Numbered from the stretch's first letter, positions 38,347-48,567 are shown. The stretch: 64,000 bases of DNA from an uncultured Collinsella sp. (GCA_902496335.1 CABVAO010000002.1:29028-93027), one strand, 5' to 3'. Program-made: numbers and translations. Notes: generated by a model not told the origin, from the letters alone.

Positions 38347-39330
38347 ATGGACCAGGACAAGACGACCGTGATGGGCGGCTACGGTTCCGCGCAGGCTGGC
38401 GATAGCGCCGATGCGACTCGCGTTGTTTCCAACCCCGGTTATACCGACCCCGCCGCGACGCAGACGTCTGCCGAACCCACACGGGTTATAGGCTACGGCG
38501 ATACACCACGGGATCCGTTTGATTATGCACCGCAGGACCCGTATGACAATGCGGCGCCGGACCCGTATGGCAATGCGGCGACAGATGCTTATAACAACCT
38601 GCCGCATAATCCCATTCCGCAGCCTCAGCAGACGACGTATATGCCGCGTACGGCGCAGGTCCAGTCTCGTTATGAGTCGCGCGATCCGCATGCGTGCCAG
38701 CCGTATCGCGAGTATCCCAAATCGATTCCGCAGTATGGTGAGGACGAGGAGAAGGCACCGTCGCGTTCGTCGAGCGTGATCAAGAAAATCCTGATTGTGC
38801 TGGCGATCTTCTTTGCCTTGTCGATCGTGTTCGCCATCGTGTCGGGCATGCTCAACAAGCGGGGCGCCACGACCGATGCCACGACCGAGCAGGCCGAGAC
38901 CACCCAGTCTGCTGCCGTCGACCTGAGCGATATCCCGGGACAGTACTGGTCCAACGCCAAGAAGCTCCTCAAGTCGCGCGGAGCCGACCTTTCGAACGCC
39001 GTGATTCTGACCGACGATGGCTCAACGCCCGTCATCGATTCCAACTGGGTTGTTACGAATGCCTACTATAACGACAACGGCAACCTGGAGATTCAGCTCA
39101 CGCACAAGAACAGCTATGGCAACTCGTCCGGCGGCCAAAGCGGTACCGACAGCTCGAGCTCCAATACGCTGGAGGACTTGAGCAACAAGGCGCAGGAGTT
39201 GGGAGATAAGGCGCAAGAGCTGGGCGATACGGCACAAAACCTGGGTGATACTGCTCAGAATCTGGGCGATATGGCTACCAATGCCTGGGACGCTCTGCAA
39301 AACGGCATTTCGGGCGCACAGGGTAACTAG
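38347..39330 (+). CDS. Hypothetical single-pass membrane protein with low-complexity repeats
   Basis: GAAAGGAAA RBS; Pro/Tyr-rich N-terminus, one TM helix, and C-terminal 7-aa repeats (LGDKAQE/LGDTAQN). Confidence 0.75.
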   Translation: MDQDKTTVMGGYGSAQAGDSADATRVVSNPGYTDPAATQTSAEPTRVIGYGDTPRDPFDYAPQDPYDNAAPDPYGNAATDAYNNLPHNPIPQPQQTTYMPRTAQVQSRYESRDPHACQPYREYPKSIPQYGEDEEKAPSRSSSVIKKILIVLAIFFALSIVFAIVSGMLNKRGATTDATTEQAETTQSAAVDLSDIPGQYWSNAKKLLKSRGADLSNAVILTDDGSTPVIDSNWVVTNAYYNDNGNLEIQLTHKNSYGNSSGGQSGTDSSSSNTLEDLSNKAQELGDKAQELGDTAQNLGDTAQNLGDMATNAWDALQNGISGAQGN

Positions 39331-39342
39331 CTGTTAAGCGGG

Positions 39343-40524
39343 CTACAGCTGCTCTGCCGGACGGTCGGGCGAGCTAAAGCCCGAGTCAAACGTAACGACG
39401 CATGATGCATCGGGCCGGCGCTCGTGCACGATGCGCGTGACGAGCTCCAGTAGCTCTTCGTCGGATATGTCAAAGCCGTCGGGACGCACCAGGTCAAACG
39501 AAACAAAGCCGTCGTGCTCGTGCAGGTCGTGGATGGAAAGCGCAGGGTCGATCTGCGCTACGCCGCGCTTTACCCAGCCGCGCAGGTCGTCACCGGTTGT
39601 TGCAATGGGGTCGCAGTGCAGCGTAATGCCAATGCCCATCTGGCGTTTGATGTCGTGTTCGATGGTGTCCAGAATCTCGTGGTGCTCAAAGGCATCGCCC
39701 TCGCCGGGCATTTCCACGTGTGCGCTGGCAAACTGACGGCCGGGGCCGTAGTCATGCACCATGAGGTCGTGCGTGCCTAGAACCTGGGGGTATGACATGA
39801 TCCTGTCGCGGATTTCCTGGACGAGCTTGGGGTCGGGCGCTTGCCCCAACAGCGGGCTGATGGCGTCGCGCACCAGGCCCATGCCGCTGATGCAAATGAA
39901 GATGCCCACGCCCAGGCCTGCCCAGCCGTCGAGATCAAAGCCGGTCGCTTGCGAAATAAGCGCCGCCGCCAAGACCGAGCCCGAGGTGATGACGTCATTC
40001 TTGGAGTCCTGTGCCGTGGCGATGAGCGTCTCGGAATCGATGCGGTTGCCCAGCGTGCGGTTGAATGCCGCCATCCAGAGCTTAACGAGCATGGACAAGA
40101 CGAGGGCGGCTAAGGAGAGCACCGAATATGCAGTGGGGGAAGGCTTGATGATCTTAGTGACCGACTCGAGAATCAGGTTGATGCCGACGGCGCAAACCAG
40201 GACGGCGACAAACAGACCGGCCAGGTACTCGTAGCGGCCGTGGCCATAAGGGTGGCCCTCGTCTGCCGGGCGGCTGGCAAGGCGGAACCCGAGCAGACTC
40301 ACGATGTTGCTCGAGGCATCGGAGAGGTTGTTGAAAGCGTCGGCGATGAGGGAGACGGAGCCGGCGAGCAGACCCGCGATGCCCTTGGCCAGGCACAGGG
40401 TGATGTTGAGGCCAATGCAGACGAGGCTTGCGGAAAAGCCCGCGTTGGTGCGGCAAGATGCATCGACCGGCTCGCCCTCGCTGCCGGGAACAAGCGTATG
40501 TACCAGCCGATTTACAAATAGCAT
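39343..40524 (-). CDS. Cation diffusion facilitator (CDF) family transporter
   Basis: ADAFNNLSD, PADEGHPYGHGRYEY, DSKND and HDLMVHDYGPG; GAGGA RBS. Confidence 0.92.
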   Translation of the reverse strand: MLFVNRLVHTLVPGSEGEPVDASCRTNAGFSASLVCIGLNITLCLAKGIAGLLAGSVSLIADAFNNLSDASSNIVSLLGFRLASRPADEGHPYGHGRYEYLAGLFVAVLVCAVGINLILESVTKIIKPSPTAYSVLSLAALVLSMLVKLWMAAFNRTLGNRIDSETLIATAQDSKNDVITSGSVLAAALISQATGFDLDGWAGLGVGIFICISGMGLVRDAISPLLGQAPDPKLVQEIRDRIMSYPQVLGTHDLMVHDYGPGRQFASAHVEMPGEGDAFEHHEILDTIEHDIKRQMGIGITLHCDPIATTGDDLRGWVKRGVAQIDPALSIHDLHEHDGFVSFDLVRPDGFDISDEELLELVTRIVHERRPDASCVVTFDSGFSSPDRPAEQL

Positions 40525-40742
40525 AGCGGTCGTCCTCACAATCATGTTTAAGGGGATAGTGTAGCTCGCACGGGGGCGCCGTGCGCCGATGCTCAGAAAA
40601 TGCAGCAATAGTCTGCCGGTGCTAACGAGCGAGACTTCTCGTCTGCCTGGGTGGTCCATTTTGGGCCACATGGGTATGGGCATGTGCCTGCTTGCTCGAC
40701 ATACTTAATGTCGACAGCCCCTGTGCAAAGGAGGACGTTTCC

Positions 40743-42080
40743 ATGGACGAGATGTTTGCCATTAAATGTCAAAACTGCGGCGGCCCTATGTACTCGCACC
40801 AGGCTAAGCGCAGCTTTGAGTGCGCCTATTGCGGCACGGTGGTTCCGTGGCAGGCGGACGCCGGAGAGCCCAAGAGCGCTTTGGGTATTCGCCATACGCC
40901 GTTGACGGTGGTGGATGGACTGCTCAAACTCACGCATGTGTCGCAACTCGAGCGCCCGCAGGACCCGGACTGGTATTTCTTCAATGCGCACTGGCGCAAT
41001 CAGTCGGTCCTGGAACATCTGCTGTGGGAGGATCGCGGCACGGCGCAGGAGTTCCAAGAGGCCACGCATGTGAGCATTCCTTGCCCCTTCTGCGGAGCGT
41101 CCTTTGAGGGCGAGTCAACGCAGCGTGTGTTTGAGTGCCCGTCCTGCGGCAACAAGATCGGCATTGCCGACCTGCTCAAGCCCGGTACCTTCAGCAAGCG
41201 CCTGACCATGGGCGTTGGTGCGGAGTATGTGCCCGAGCAGGGTATTCCCTGCGAAATCTCGCCGCAGCAGGCACGTGCCAACGCGCTGCAGCTGGTGCGC
41301 CAGTATCCGGATGCCTTTGCCGGGCACGACGTGGAAGACGCGATCCAAAACGACATGATGCTCTTCTATTTCCCCATGGCGCTGGCGGACTTGCGCATGA
41401 TGGCGAGCTTCCCGGGCAAGGGCCTGAGCAAGGAGGCCTTGGTGTACTACGAGGTGCTCGACTGGGCATACCCCAGGGCAAACTACCTGGACGTTCGCCT
41501 CATGGGCATTTTGGAGCCGTGGGACTTTGCCAAGGTCGGTCCGTTCGATCCCGCCATGCAGGAAGGTGACTTTCGCGTTGTCTCAGTCGATGCGTCTACC
41601 AAGGACCAGGTGGTCATTGATAAGTTGGCGCTCGACGTTGCGGGCAACGACGCCGAGGCTGTACTGGGGCTCAATAAAAAGAGCATTCGCATGTGGGCGC
41701 GCAAGGCCCGCAAACATAAGGACGGCCTGGTGATGGTGCCGGTCTACTTTGTCGATCGTCCGGCGACAGACGGCCGCGATGGCGAGCAGGTGCGCATTGC
41801 CGTAAACGGCCAGACGGGCCGCGCGGCCGCGGTGGTGTTTAGCGACAAGCGCGAAACGCATATCGTGGCGTCGCTCAGCCCGAGCCTGCATCTGTCCGGC
41901 GAGAGCACCGTGCACGCCACGCCCGTCGAGGTCAAATACGTTAAATCGCCCTTCCTGTACCAGATCGTGCGCCGTGGAGGCGGCGAGCAACCGCGCCAGG
42001 TTGCAGCCGCCGTCGAGGGTTCCTACCGAGAGGAGAAGCCCAAACGCCGCGGTCTGCTGGGTGCGCTATTTGGGAAGTAG
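40743..42080 (+). CDS. Hypothetical protein with two Zn-ribbon modules
   Basis: CQNCGG/CAYCG and CPFCG/CPSCG pairs; C-terminal AVNGQTG; GAGGA RBS. Confidence 0.75.
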   Translation: MDEMFAIKCQNCGGPMYSHQAKRSFECAYCGTVVPWQADAGEPKSALGIRHTPLTVVDGLLKLTHVSQLERPQDPDWYFFNAHWRNQSVLEHLLWEDRGTAQEFQEATHVSIPCPFCGASFEGESTQRVFECPSCGNKIGIADLLKPGTFSKRLTMGVGAEYVPEQGIPCEISPQQARANALQLVRQYPDAFAGHDVEDAIQNDMMLFYFPMALADLRMMASFPGKGLSKEALVYYEVLDWAYPRANYLDVRLMGILEPWDFAKVGPFDPAMQEGDFRVVSVDASTKDQVVIDKLALDVAGNDAEAVLGLNKKSIRMWARKARKHKDGLVMVPVYFVDRPATDGRDGEQVRIAVNGQTGRAAAVVFSDKRETHIVASLSPSLHLSGESTVHATPVEVKYVKSPFLYQIVRRGGGEQPRQVAAAVEGSYREEKPKRRGLLGALFGK

Positions 42081-42233
42081 GGGAGTAGCACCGGTTGTTG
42101 CCGTAAGGTGATGGCCGGGGGTGCGGGGCAGCTCTCAGGAGTGCGGGCTGCCGTCTGATTGTTTGAGGGTGCCAGATGTAAATAAACAGTGGAGCGGCTG
42201 CAAAAGAGCCTCCTCACTGGGTAAAATCAGATT

Positions 42234-42327
42234 GTGCCGCGGAACCCGCTCTTCAGCTAGTCACACTTCGGAAGCGCGGGCAACGCAGGTATTATCGTCT
42301 AGGGCCGGCTGCAACCGGCCCTTTTCT
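42234..42327 (+). ncRNA. Candidate small RNA (unassigned)
   Basis: TAAAAT -10 at 42222-42227, stem 42245-42254/42271-42280, terminator hairpin 42301-42322 with T-run; no credible ORF. Confidence 0.4.
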
Positions 42328-42503
42328 GTGGCAGCCAATGGGCCCACATCAGACGAAGGCCGCGTCTTTGCCTGTCAGGTCACGCTCGCCAGCCACGGCT
42401 AGAATGTCGTTGCCGGCGTCCATGACCGGTATTGTTTCGTAGCGTGCGTCGCAACCGCGAGTGCGCCTGCGACGGCTGCGGTGGCTTCGGTCGCAACGTG
42501 CTG

Positions 42504-43553
42504 CTACTCTTGCGTTTCGCCATTAGTCGCTTCGTTGATGGCGCGGTACTCGGCGCTTAGTTCGCGCGCCAGCTCTTCCTTGCTTGGAAGATACGGCAGG
42601 TATTTGGCGGCAAACACTTGGTCGTTGTCTTCGGGCAGCGTGTACTCGACAATCGAATCGCTTTTGTCCGCGCAGAGCACGATGCCTATGGGCGGATTGT
42701 CGCCTTCGTTCATGAGCTCGCGCGTGTAGTAGTTCACATACATTTGCATCTGGCCCAGGTCCTGATGCGTAAGGTCGTCCGTCTTAAGGTCGATGAGCAC
42801 GAAGCAGCGCATCAGATAGTTGTAAAAAACAAGGTCAATATAGAAATGGCGCCCATCAAAGGTGATGCGCTTTTGGCGCGCCTCGAAAGCGAAACCACGG
42901 CCAAGCTCCAGCAGGAACTTCTGAAGATGCGTGATGAGCGCCTGCTCTAGATCGCTCTCGCGAAACGCAGTATCGTCCGAGAAACCTAAAAACTCCAGTA
43001 CATATGGATCGCGGATGATATCCTCGGGGCGACGAGCTGGGGCGCTCTTTTGGATTTCTTGGGTGACAGCCTCCTTGTCTTTGCTGGCAAGTAGGCGCTC
43101 GCGGAACATGGTGTTGATCTGGCGTTCGAGCTGGCGCGTGCTCCAGCGAGAGTCGGCGCATTCGTTCATGTACCAGGTGCGAGCATCAGGGTCGGAAATG
43201 CGCATCAACCTGCGGTAATGAGTCCAGCTCAATTCGCTACGCAGTGCGTCGCGAATTGGAAACGCAAGAAAGAACTGACGCATATTGCGAAGGTTTGCGA
43301 TGCCAAAGCCTCTTCCGAAATCCGCGGTAAGCCTTCTGGAGAGGCCTGCAATCAATGCCTCTCCATATGCTGCGCGCTCCTCTCCGCCCTGTTCATCAAC
43401 AATACTCTTGCCGATCTCCCAATATGCCTCAACCATCGCAAAGTTAACAGCGGTATAGGCCTTGTCGCGAGCGGCGTTGAGAATCGAGGAGACCTGCTTG
43501 TAAAAACCTTCGGGCACGATTGTCGATTCTTCACGGTTTACCAGTTCGCCCAT
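42504..43553 (-). CDS. YhcG/DUF1016 family PD-(D/E)XK nuclease-domain protein
   Basis: YWEIGK.I, GRGF...NLRNMRQF, LSWTHY, WSTRQLERQI, DPYVLEFL, LELGRGFAF, IDLVFY and GQMQMYVNYY. Confidence 0.93.
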   Translation of the reverse strand: MGELVNREESTIVPEGFYKQVSSILNAARDKAYTAVNFAMVEAYWEIGKSIVDEQGGEERAAYGEALIAGLSRRLTADFGRGFGIANLRNMRQFFLAFPIRDALRSELSWTHYRRLMRISDPDARTWYMNECADSRWSTRQLERQINTMFRERLLASKDKEAVTQEIQKSAPARRPEDIIRDPYVLEFLGFSDDTAFRESDLEQALITHLQKFLLELGRGFAFEARQKRITFDGRHFYIDLVFYNYLMRCFVLIDLKTDDLTHQDLGQMQMYVNYYTRELMNEGDNPPIGIVLCADKSDSIVEYTLPEDNDQVFAAKYLPYLPSKEELARELSAEYRAINEATNGETQE

Positions 43554-43720
43554 CACTGTCGCCCCGCTTTCCTCTTGTGGAATGCATCTTTATCGAATTT
43601 AGTTTAAAGCCTCGCGCGGACACGAATTGCTGTGCTGTCTGACATCATCGCATGGGGCCTTGCGGTGACTAAAATGTGGCCATAGAGACAGTTTTAGCGA
43701 ACCCCACGGGAGTGACGTGT

Positions 43721-43990
43721 ATGGACAACAACACGCTGCTATTCCAGGACAAAGGTTCGGGTAGGTATAAAGACGTCAAGATCTACCCTAACCGCATTGA
43801 GGTACTCAAGAAGGGCACTTTTGGCGGCAAGCACACCGAGATTGTTTATCTTAAGGACATTACGGGCGTCAATAGAATCAAAGGCCGCGATGTTTTTCTG
43901 CGCAATCGTCTGTTGACCGCTTGCGTCTTTAGCCTGAACAGCCGTGCGAAGGCCCAGGAGTTTGTTAACGCGCTGAACATGGTGATGTAG
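43721..43990 (+). CDS. Small hypothetical protein, possible bacterial PH-like fold
   Basis: 89 aa, beta-rich with a C-terminal helix (IYPNRIEV..KG...I.LKDITGV...AQEFVNAL); GGGAG RBS. Confidence 0.6.
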   Translation: MDNNTLLFQDKGSGRYKDVKIYPNRIEVLKKGTFGGKHTEIVYLKDITGVNRIKGRDVFLRNRLLTACVFSLNSRAKAQEFVNALNMVM

Positions 43991-44084
43991 CCGATAGCGG
44001 CGTTCGGGCCAAGGTAAAAATCGGGGGCACAGAACGGTGTTCTGCGCCCCCGATTGAGTCGATGTGTCTAAAAGGCCGGTTTGC

Positions 44085-46573
44085 CTATTCGACAACGTCC
44101 TCGTTGTTTTCACCGTCACTGGCAAGCATCGCCGCGCCGGCGACCGTTGTCGCCACGGCGGCGGCAGCGAGCCCGGCGGCAACGCCAGAGCTGTCGCCCG
44201 TGTCGGCGAGCTTTCCGCCCGAGCCCTTGCCCTTGTTGCCCTTACCGTTCTTGTCGGTGCTGCTCGCGTTGGTGCCGTTGCCGGTGCCGGCGCCGGCAGC
44301 ACTGTCCGAGGCCGCTACGGTAAAGCTTGCGGCTCCGTCGCTGGCGAGCGTGTAGTTCTGCGCCGCGTTGCCCAAGAGACCGTTCACGCGCACCCAGTAC
44401 GTTCCTGCGGCAAATGTTTCGCCCTCGGCCATTGCTGTGCCCGGAGCGCCGTTCGCGTCGTGCACAAACTCGAGCTGGGCCGTGCAGGCATCGGTTTCGA
44501 GCTTGCCCTCGAGTGATGCCGCAATCTTGGCGCGCACGTCTTCGCCGGCCTTAAGGCCTTCGAGTCCCTCAAAATGGGGCGTCAGCGCGCGTGGATCGAT
44601 ATCGATGGGCACAGAGCCCTGCAGCCCCGTAACGGTCTCGTTGCCCAGGGCGTCGACATCCACGTATTCAATGGCAAACGCATGGCCCGAAGCTGTCGCG
44701 TTGAGCGCGTTGCTGCTGTCGGCAAGGCGGAAATGACCCTCGCCAACGGTCTTGCCATCCTGGAATGAGGCATCGCTCAGCGAGTCGCCGTACGTCATGC
44801 GCATGCGGGTCGGGAGATAGTACGGGAGATAGTACGAAGCCGTCTGCTTGTGCTCCGTATCGTAATTGCGCTGATAGATGCTCCGGGCCAGCGCCGCATC
44901 AACAAAGTCGGATGCGATGATGCCAATGTGCTTGAGGTAATCTGACTTTGTATCCTCGATGCCGCTGGGATTGATGTACGGGCTCTTATACAGATGCTCG
45001 TTGACTACTCGTGCCGAGGTAAAAGGATTGCCTCCGTGCGACAAGCCCGTGCAGCTGGTGTAGTTGATAGACCAGCAACGCTCCAGGACTTTCTCCTTGG
45101 CCCCGTTATCGTCCTCGACATCTACCTCGTTGCGCGTGCGCCCGGTCGTTTCCTTCAGCGCATTATCGACCCAGCTGAGCTTGTCGGTTCCCGTGAGTTT
45201 GTACTTGTCCTGGGCGTATACCTTGGTGCAATAGGGCTCTTTGTCGCCTGTTTCCCCCGCGGCTTCAAAGCCCCGCGCGTCTTGGACGAGACACATAGTG
45301 GCGCTGTCGGAGTGAGCCTTGATCTTGTCATCCCATTCGGTAAGGTCGAGGCCCCACGTGTGGCCGCTTACACTGTTGCCGGCGAGCCTAAATCGACGCA
45401 GCAGAACGATCTTTCCGCGCACCTCGTGTAGCGTGGGGATTCGGCTCGACGTATAGAACAGTTTGGGGTTGTCGTCCAAAACCTTGGCGAAAGCCGTCGT
45501 AACACTTTCGTCGGTAGCCTCGTCGTTGCCTCGTGATACAAGCATGATGAGCGCTTCTGTCGGGTTTTCGTTCAAAAACGTTTTGAAGTAGCCTATGACA
45601 TCGGAAAGATGCATAAAGTACGCGTCTTTTTTGAGCAGGTAGTAATCCCCGTGGTCGATACCGGGGTTGTCGCCCTTTCCGAGCCGGATATCAAAATAGC
45701 GAATGCCTTCGAGCAACTGCGTGGGAATGTAATCCTGCTGGCATTTTACTTGCGAGGATTGGGGCTCGGTGTCGTTGTCCACACTGCAAGTGCTCGAATC
45801 GTGCGTGCCCGGGATGCTCAGCTCGTCGAGGAACTTGTTGTCGTCGACGTATTTCATCCAACATGGCCCATCGACGTAGCTGCTGTACGTGATCCAGTCG
45901 AGGCTGCTAACCGTGGCATCGTTCTTTTTCATGTCGTAACCGATAAGTTCGAGCTCCCACGGAATGCTCTTACTCTTATGGCAGATCTTATTGTTGTCCT
46001 GGTCTTCGCCGTTCGATTCTATTGCCAGGTACTTAATGTCTTTTTTCTCGGTTTCTTTCTCGACCGTGCGGTCTCGGATGATATAGGTTCCGTTTGATTG
46101 ACGCTCGAACGCAAAAGAGCGGCTGGGCTTGCCGTCATGCTCGCCACTCCATACGTGGATGACCTTTCCGTCTTTGTCCGAGTCGCCATCGACCGACCAA
46201 ATGCTGTAGCCCGTCTTTTATGCTCTTCGAAATTGAGCAAGGTGCGGATAGCATACCAGTTTGTATCGTCATTCTTGGTCGTTACGTTCTCAAGGATGAG
46301 CTTGCTGGACGTGCCGTCATTAAACAGATGGCAGACGTTGCCGATGACGTTGCCGTCTTCGTTAACGCTTGCGGTACGAAAATAGCCCGCGGGGCGAAGG
46401 CGAATGACGAAATTGTCGAGGCTGACTGCTGGCCCGGCCGTGCCGTCCGCAAAGGCTGCCCGCGGGCTAATGCCCAGCATGGCGGTTTCGGGCAGGCTTG
46501 CAAGTGGCGACAACGCCGCGAGTCCAAGGCCCAACGTAAATGCTCGGCGGCTGATGGCGTGATGTTCGGTCAT
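44085..46573 (-). pseudogene. Frameshifted surface-anchored phosphatidylinositol-specific phospholipase C (Tat-like signal + ricin-type lectin-like region + PI-PLC + LADTG sorting signal)
   Basis: ORFs 46573-46019 and 45932-44085 join into one 829-aa frame if one base is added near the A4 run (forward TTTT 46216-46219). PI-PLC motifs SIPGTHDS, GIRYFDIR, IDHG, NPTEALI and EVRGKIVLL are present. Confidence 0.82.
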
Positions 46574-46777
46574 AACTTCTCCATTCGCAGAGTGCGGTTA
46601 TGCGATAGTTTTGGTCACTATACTGCTCAGATGTTTAAAGATGCTGGTTTAATTGTCTGCGCGGCACAATAAATCGGCGGGCGGACGTGTTGGGGCGTTT
46701 GTCGTTTTCGTACTGTTGCCACATTTGGGGCGGTTCCGACGTCCGGCATCCTCGCGTTCGTCGGCTACAGGCATAAG

Positions 46778-46807
46778 AAAGGGAGGGTCGGTTTACCGGC
46801 CCTCCCT
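46778..46807 (-). terminator. Intrinsic terminator of the lipoprotein gene
   Basis: AGGGAGGGTCGG / CCGGCCCTCCCT stem with an adjacent A-run (U-tract on the minus strand). Confidence 0.65.
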
Positions 46808-46878
46808 GGGTACGAAGCGCTGGGGTACCGTCGCTTGTTTGCACTGCGACCGTGTTTTCCGTTGCGCTCGCCAGTCGC

Positions 46879-47472
46879 TTAGCGCTTGATCTCGATATCG
46901 TCGAGCTTGACGTCCATGGCCTCGGTCTTGGCCTCGGCGATGTCGTCGGCAAACTCCAGAGACTTCATCATGGTCTCGACGGCGTCCTTGTGTTCCTCGA
47001 CGTTGTCGATGCGCACGTACACGCTGCCGCCGTCAACGTCGGTGAAGTACTCGGTCGTCACGCCGCCCGAGTGCGTAAAGTAGGCGCTGCGCCAGGTCTT
47101 GCCGTTGTACTTAACGGGATCGCTCTCGGTCCATCCGGAGTTGGCCTTCCACTTTGCCTCGTAGTCGAACAGTTCATCGGCGTTCTTGTCAGGATCGAAG
47201 ACGGGGATGAAGCGGTCGCTGGCATGCTCGCTCTCGGTGAACTTAAACTGGGCCCTGTCGGCGGTATCGCCTGCGACGTCCGTGATTTCGACGCCCTCGG
47301 GCACCTCGACTTTAAACCAAATGAAGTCAGTCCTCATATCCATGGCTGGCTTTTCCGCTCCACCGCCACCACTGCTGCCGGTAGCGCCGTCGCTGCCACC
47401 GCAACCCACCAAGGCAACTGCGGCAAAGAGACTGATGCAGAGGGTGAGAATCGCAAAGGCCTTCTTTTTCAT
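46879..47472 (-). CDS. Hypothetical lipoprotein
   Basis: MKKK + hydrophobic stretch + LVGC lipobox; GAGGAGG RBS. Confidence 0.8.
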   Translation of the reverse strand: MKKKAFAILTLCISLFAAVALVGCGGSDGATGSSGGGGAEKPAMDMRTDFIWFKVEVPEGVEITDVAGDTADRAQFKFTESEHASDRFIPVFDPDKNADELFDYEAKWKANSGWTESDPVKYNGKTWRSAYFTHSGGVTTEYFTDVDGGSVYVRIDNVEEHKDAVETMMKSLEFADDIAEAKTEAMDVKLDDIEIKR

Positions 47473-47932
47473 GGTCGTGTCCTCCTCGATCTGTAACCGC
47501 CCATGGATTACCTGCCTTTACTGTACGCGCGAGCGGCTCGCTCGGGTGGGCCATGTGTCCCATTCTGAGGGCTGGAATTGCGCCGACAAGTGGCAATATG
47601 CGCGGGTCCAAAAGAGGGGAGAGCCGATGCTGTCGGCCCTCACCGGGGTTGGGCGCCCAGTGCTTTAAAGGGGCGCGTGTACGCGGGCATTGCCCCAATA
47701 GGTTCCTTGTTTATAGATATGTCCCAGTTTGTGACGTCCGGAAGTCCCGAAAGTTGAGCCATGTGCCCCATGTTTGCGTTGGCATGGTCTATCGTGTGCC
47801 ATAGAAATCCGCGATGGCCAGGTGCGCTGACGCTTGAGTACTTATGGGCTAGACTTAGCACCATTATGTGATCGATGCGGTCGGTCGGTGGTTGCCACCC
47901 GACCGATGTATATGACTTGAAGGTGCGTGCGT

Positions 47933-48565
47933 ATGAGCCAAGAGATGATGGACAAGACCTGCCGCGGGTTTGCCGAGGCGCTTGCCGCGCGCGAGCCGGT
48001 TCCCGGCGGTGGCAGCGCGAGCGCCTTTGTGGGCGCGCTGGGCGCCTCGCTGTGCGGAATGGTTGCCCGCTACGGTGCGACCAATCCCGCGCTTGCTGAT
48101 CGTGCGGATGACCTGACGCGTGCGTTTGCCCAGGCGGATGAGCTGGCCCAGGAGCTTGTCGAGTTGGTTGCCGAGGACGTTCGTGCCTACGGGCGGGTGT
48201 CCGCGGCGTACGGTATTCCGCGTGACGATCCGGCTCGAGCGACCGCGATTCAGGATGCTCTGCATGTGGCCGCTATGCCGCCGTATCGCATTATGGATGC
48301 CTGCGGGCGTGCGCTGGCGCTGCTCGAGGACATGGCCGACAAGGGTTCGCGTCAGCTGCTGTCCGATGTGGCGTGCGGCGCCGTGTTCTGCCGTGCTGCT
48401 ATGCAGGGCGCGAGCTTGACGCTCTTTGCGAACACCACGTCTATGATGGATCGCGTTCGTGCTAAGGAGCTCGAGACCGCGTGTGATGAGTTGCTCGACA
48501 CATGGTTGCCGCGCGCCGATGCGCTGGCGCGCCGCGCCTCCGACGCTGCAAGGAAGAGAGGATAG
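47933..48565 (+). CDS. fchA: Methenyltetrahydrofolate cyclohydrolase (FTCD_C / FchA family)
   Basis: LAAREPVPGGGSASA...LCGMV, ED..AY and KGS...SDVACG; directly upstream of folD. Confidence 0.8.
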   Translation: MSQEMMDKTCRGFAEALAAREPVPGGGSASAFVGALGASLCGMVARYGATNPALADRADDLTRAFAQADELAQELVELVAEDVRAYGRVSAAYGIPRDDPARATAIQDALHVAAMPPYRIMDACGRALALLEDMADKGSRQLLSDVACGAVFCRAAMQGASLTLFANTTSMMDRVRAKELETACDELLDTWLPRADALARRASDAARKRG

Positions 48566-48567
48566 CT

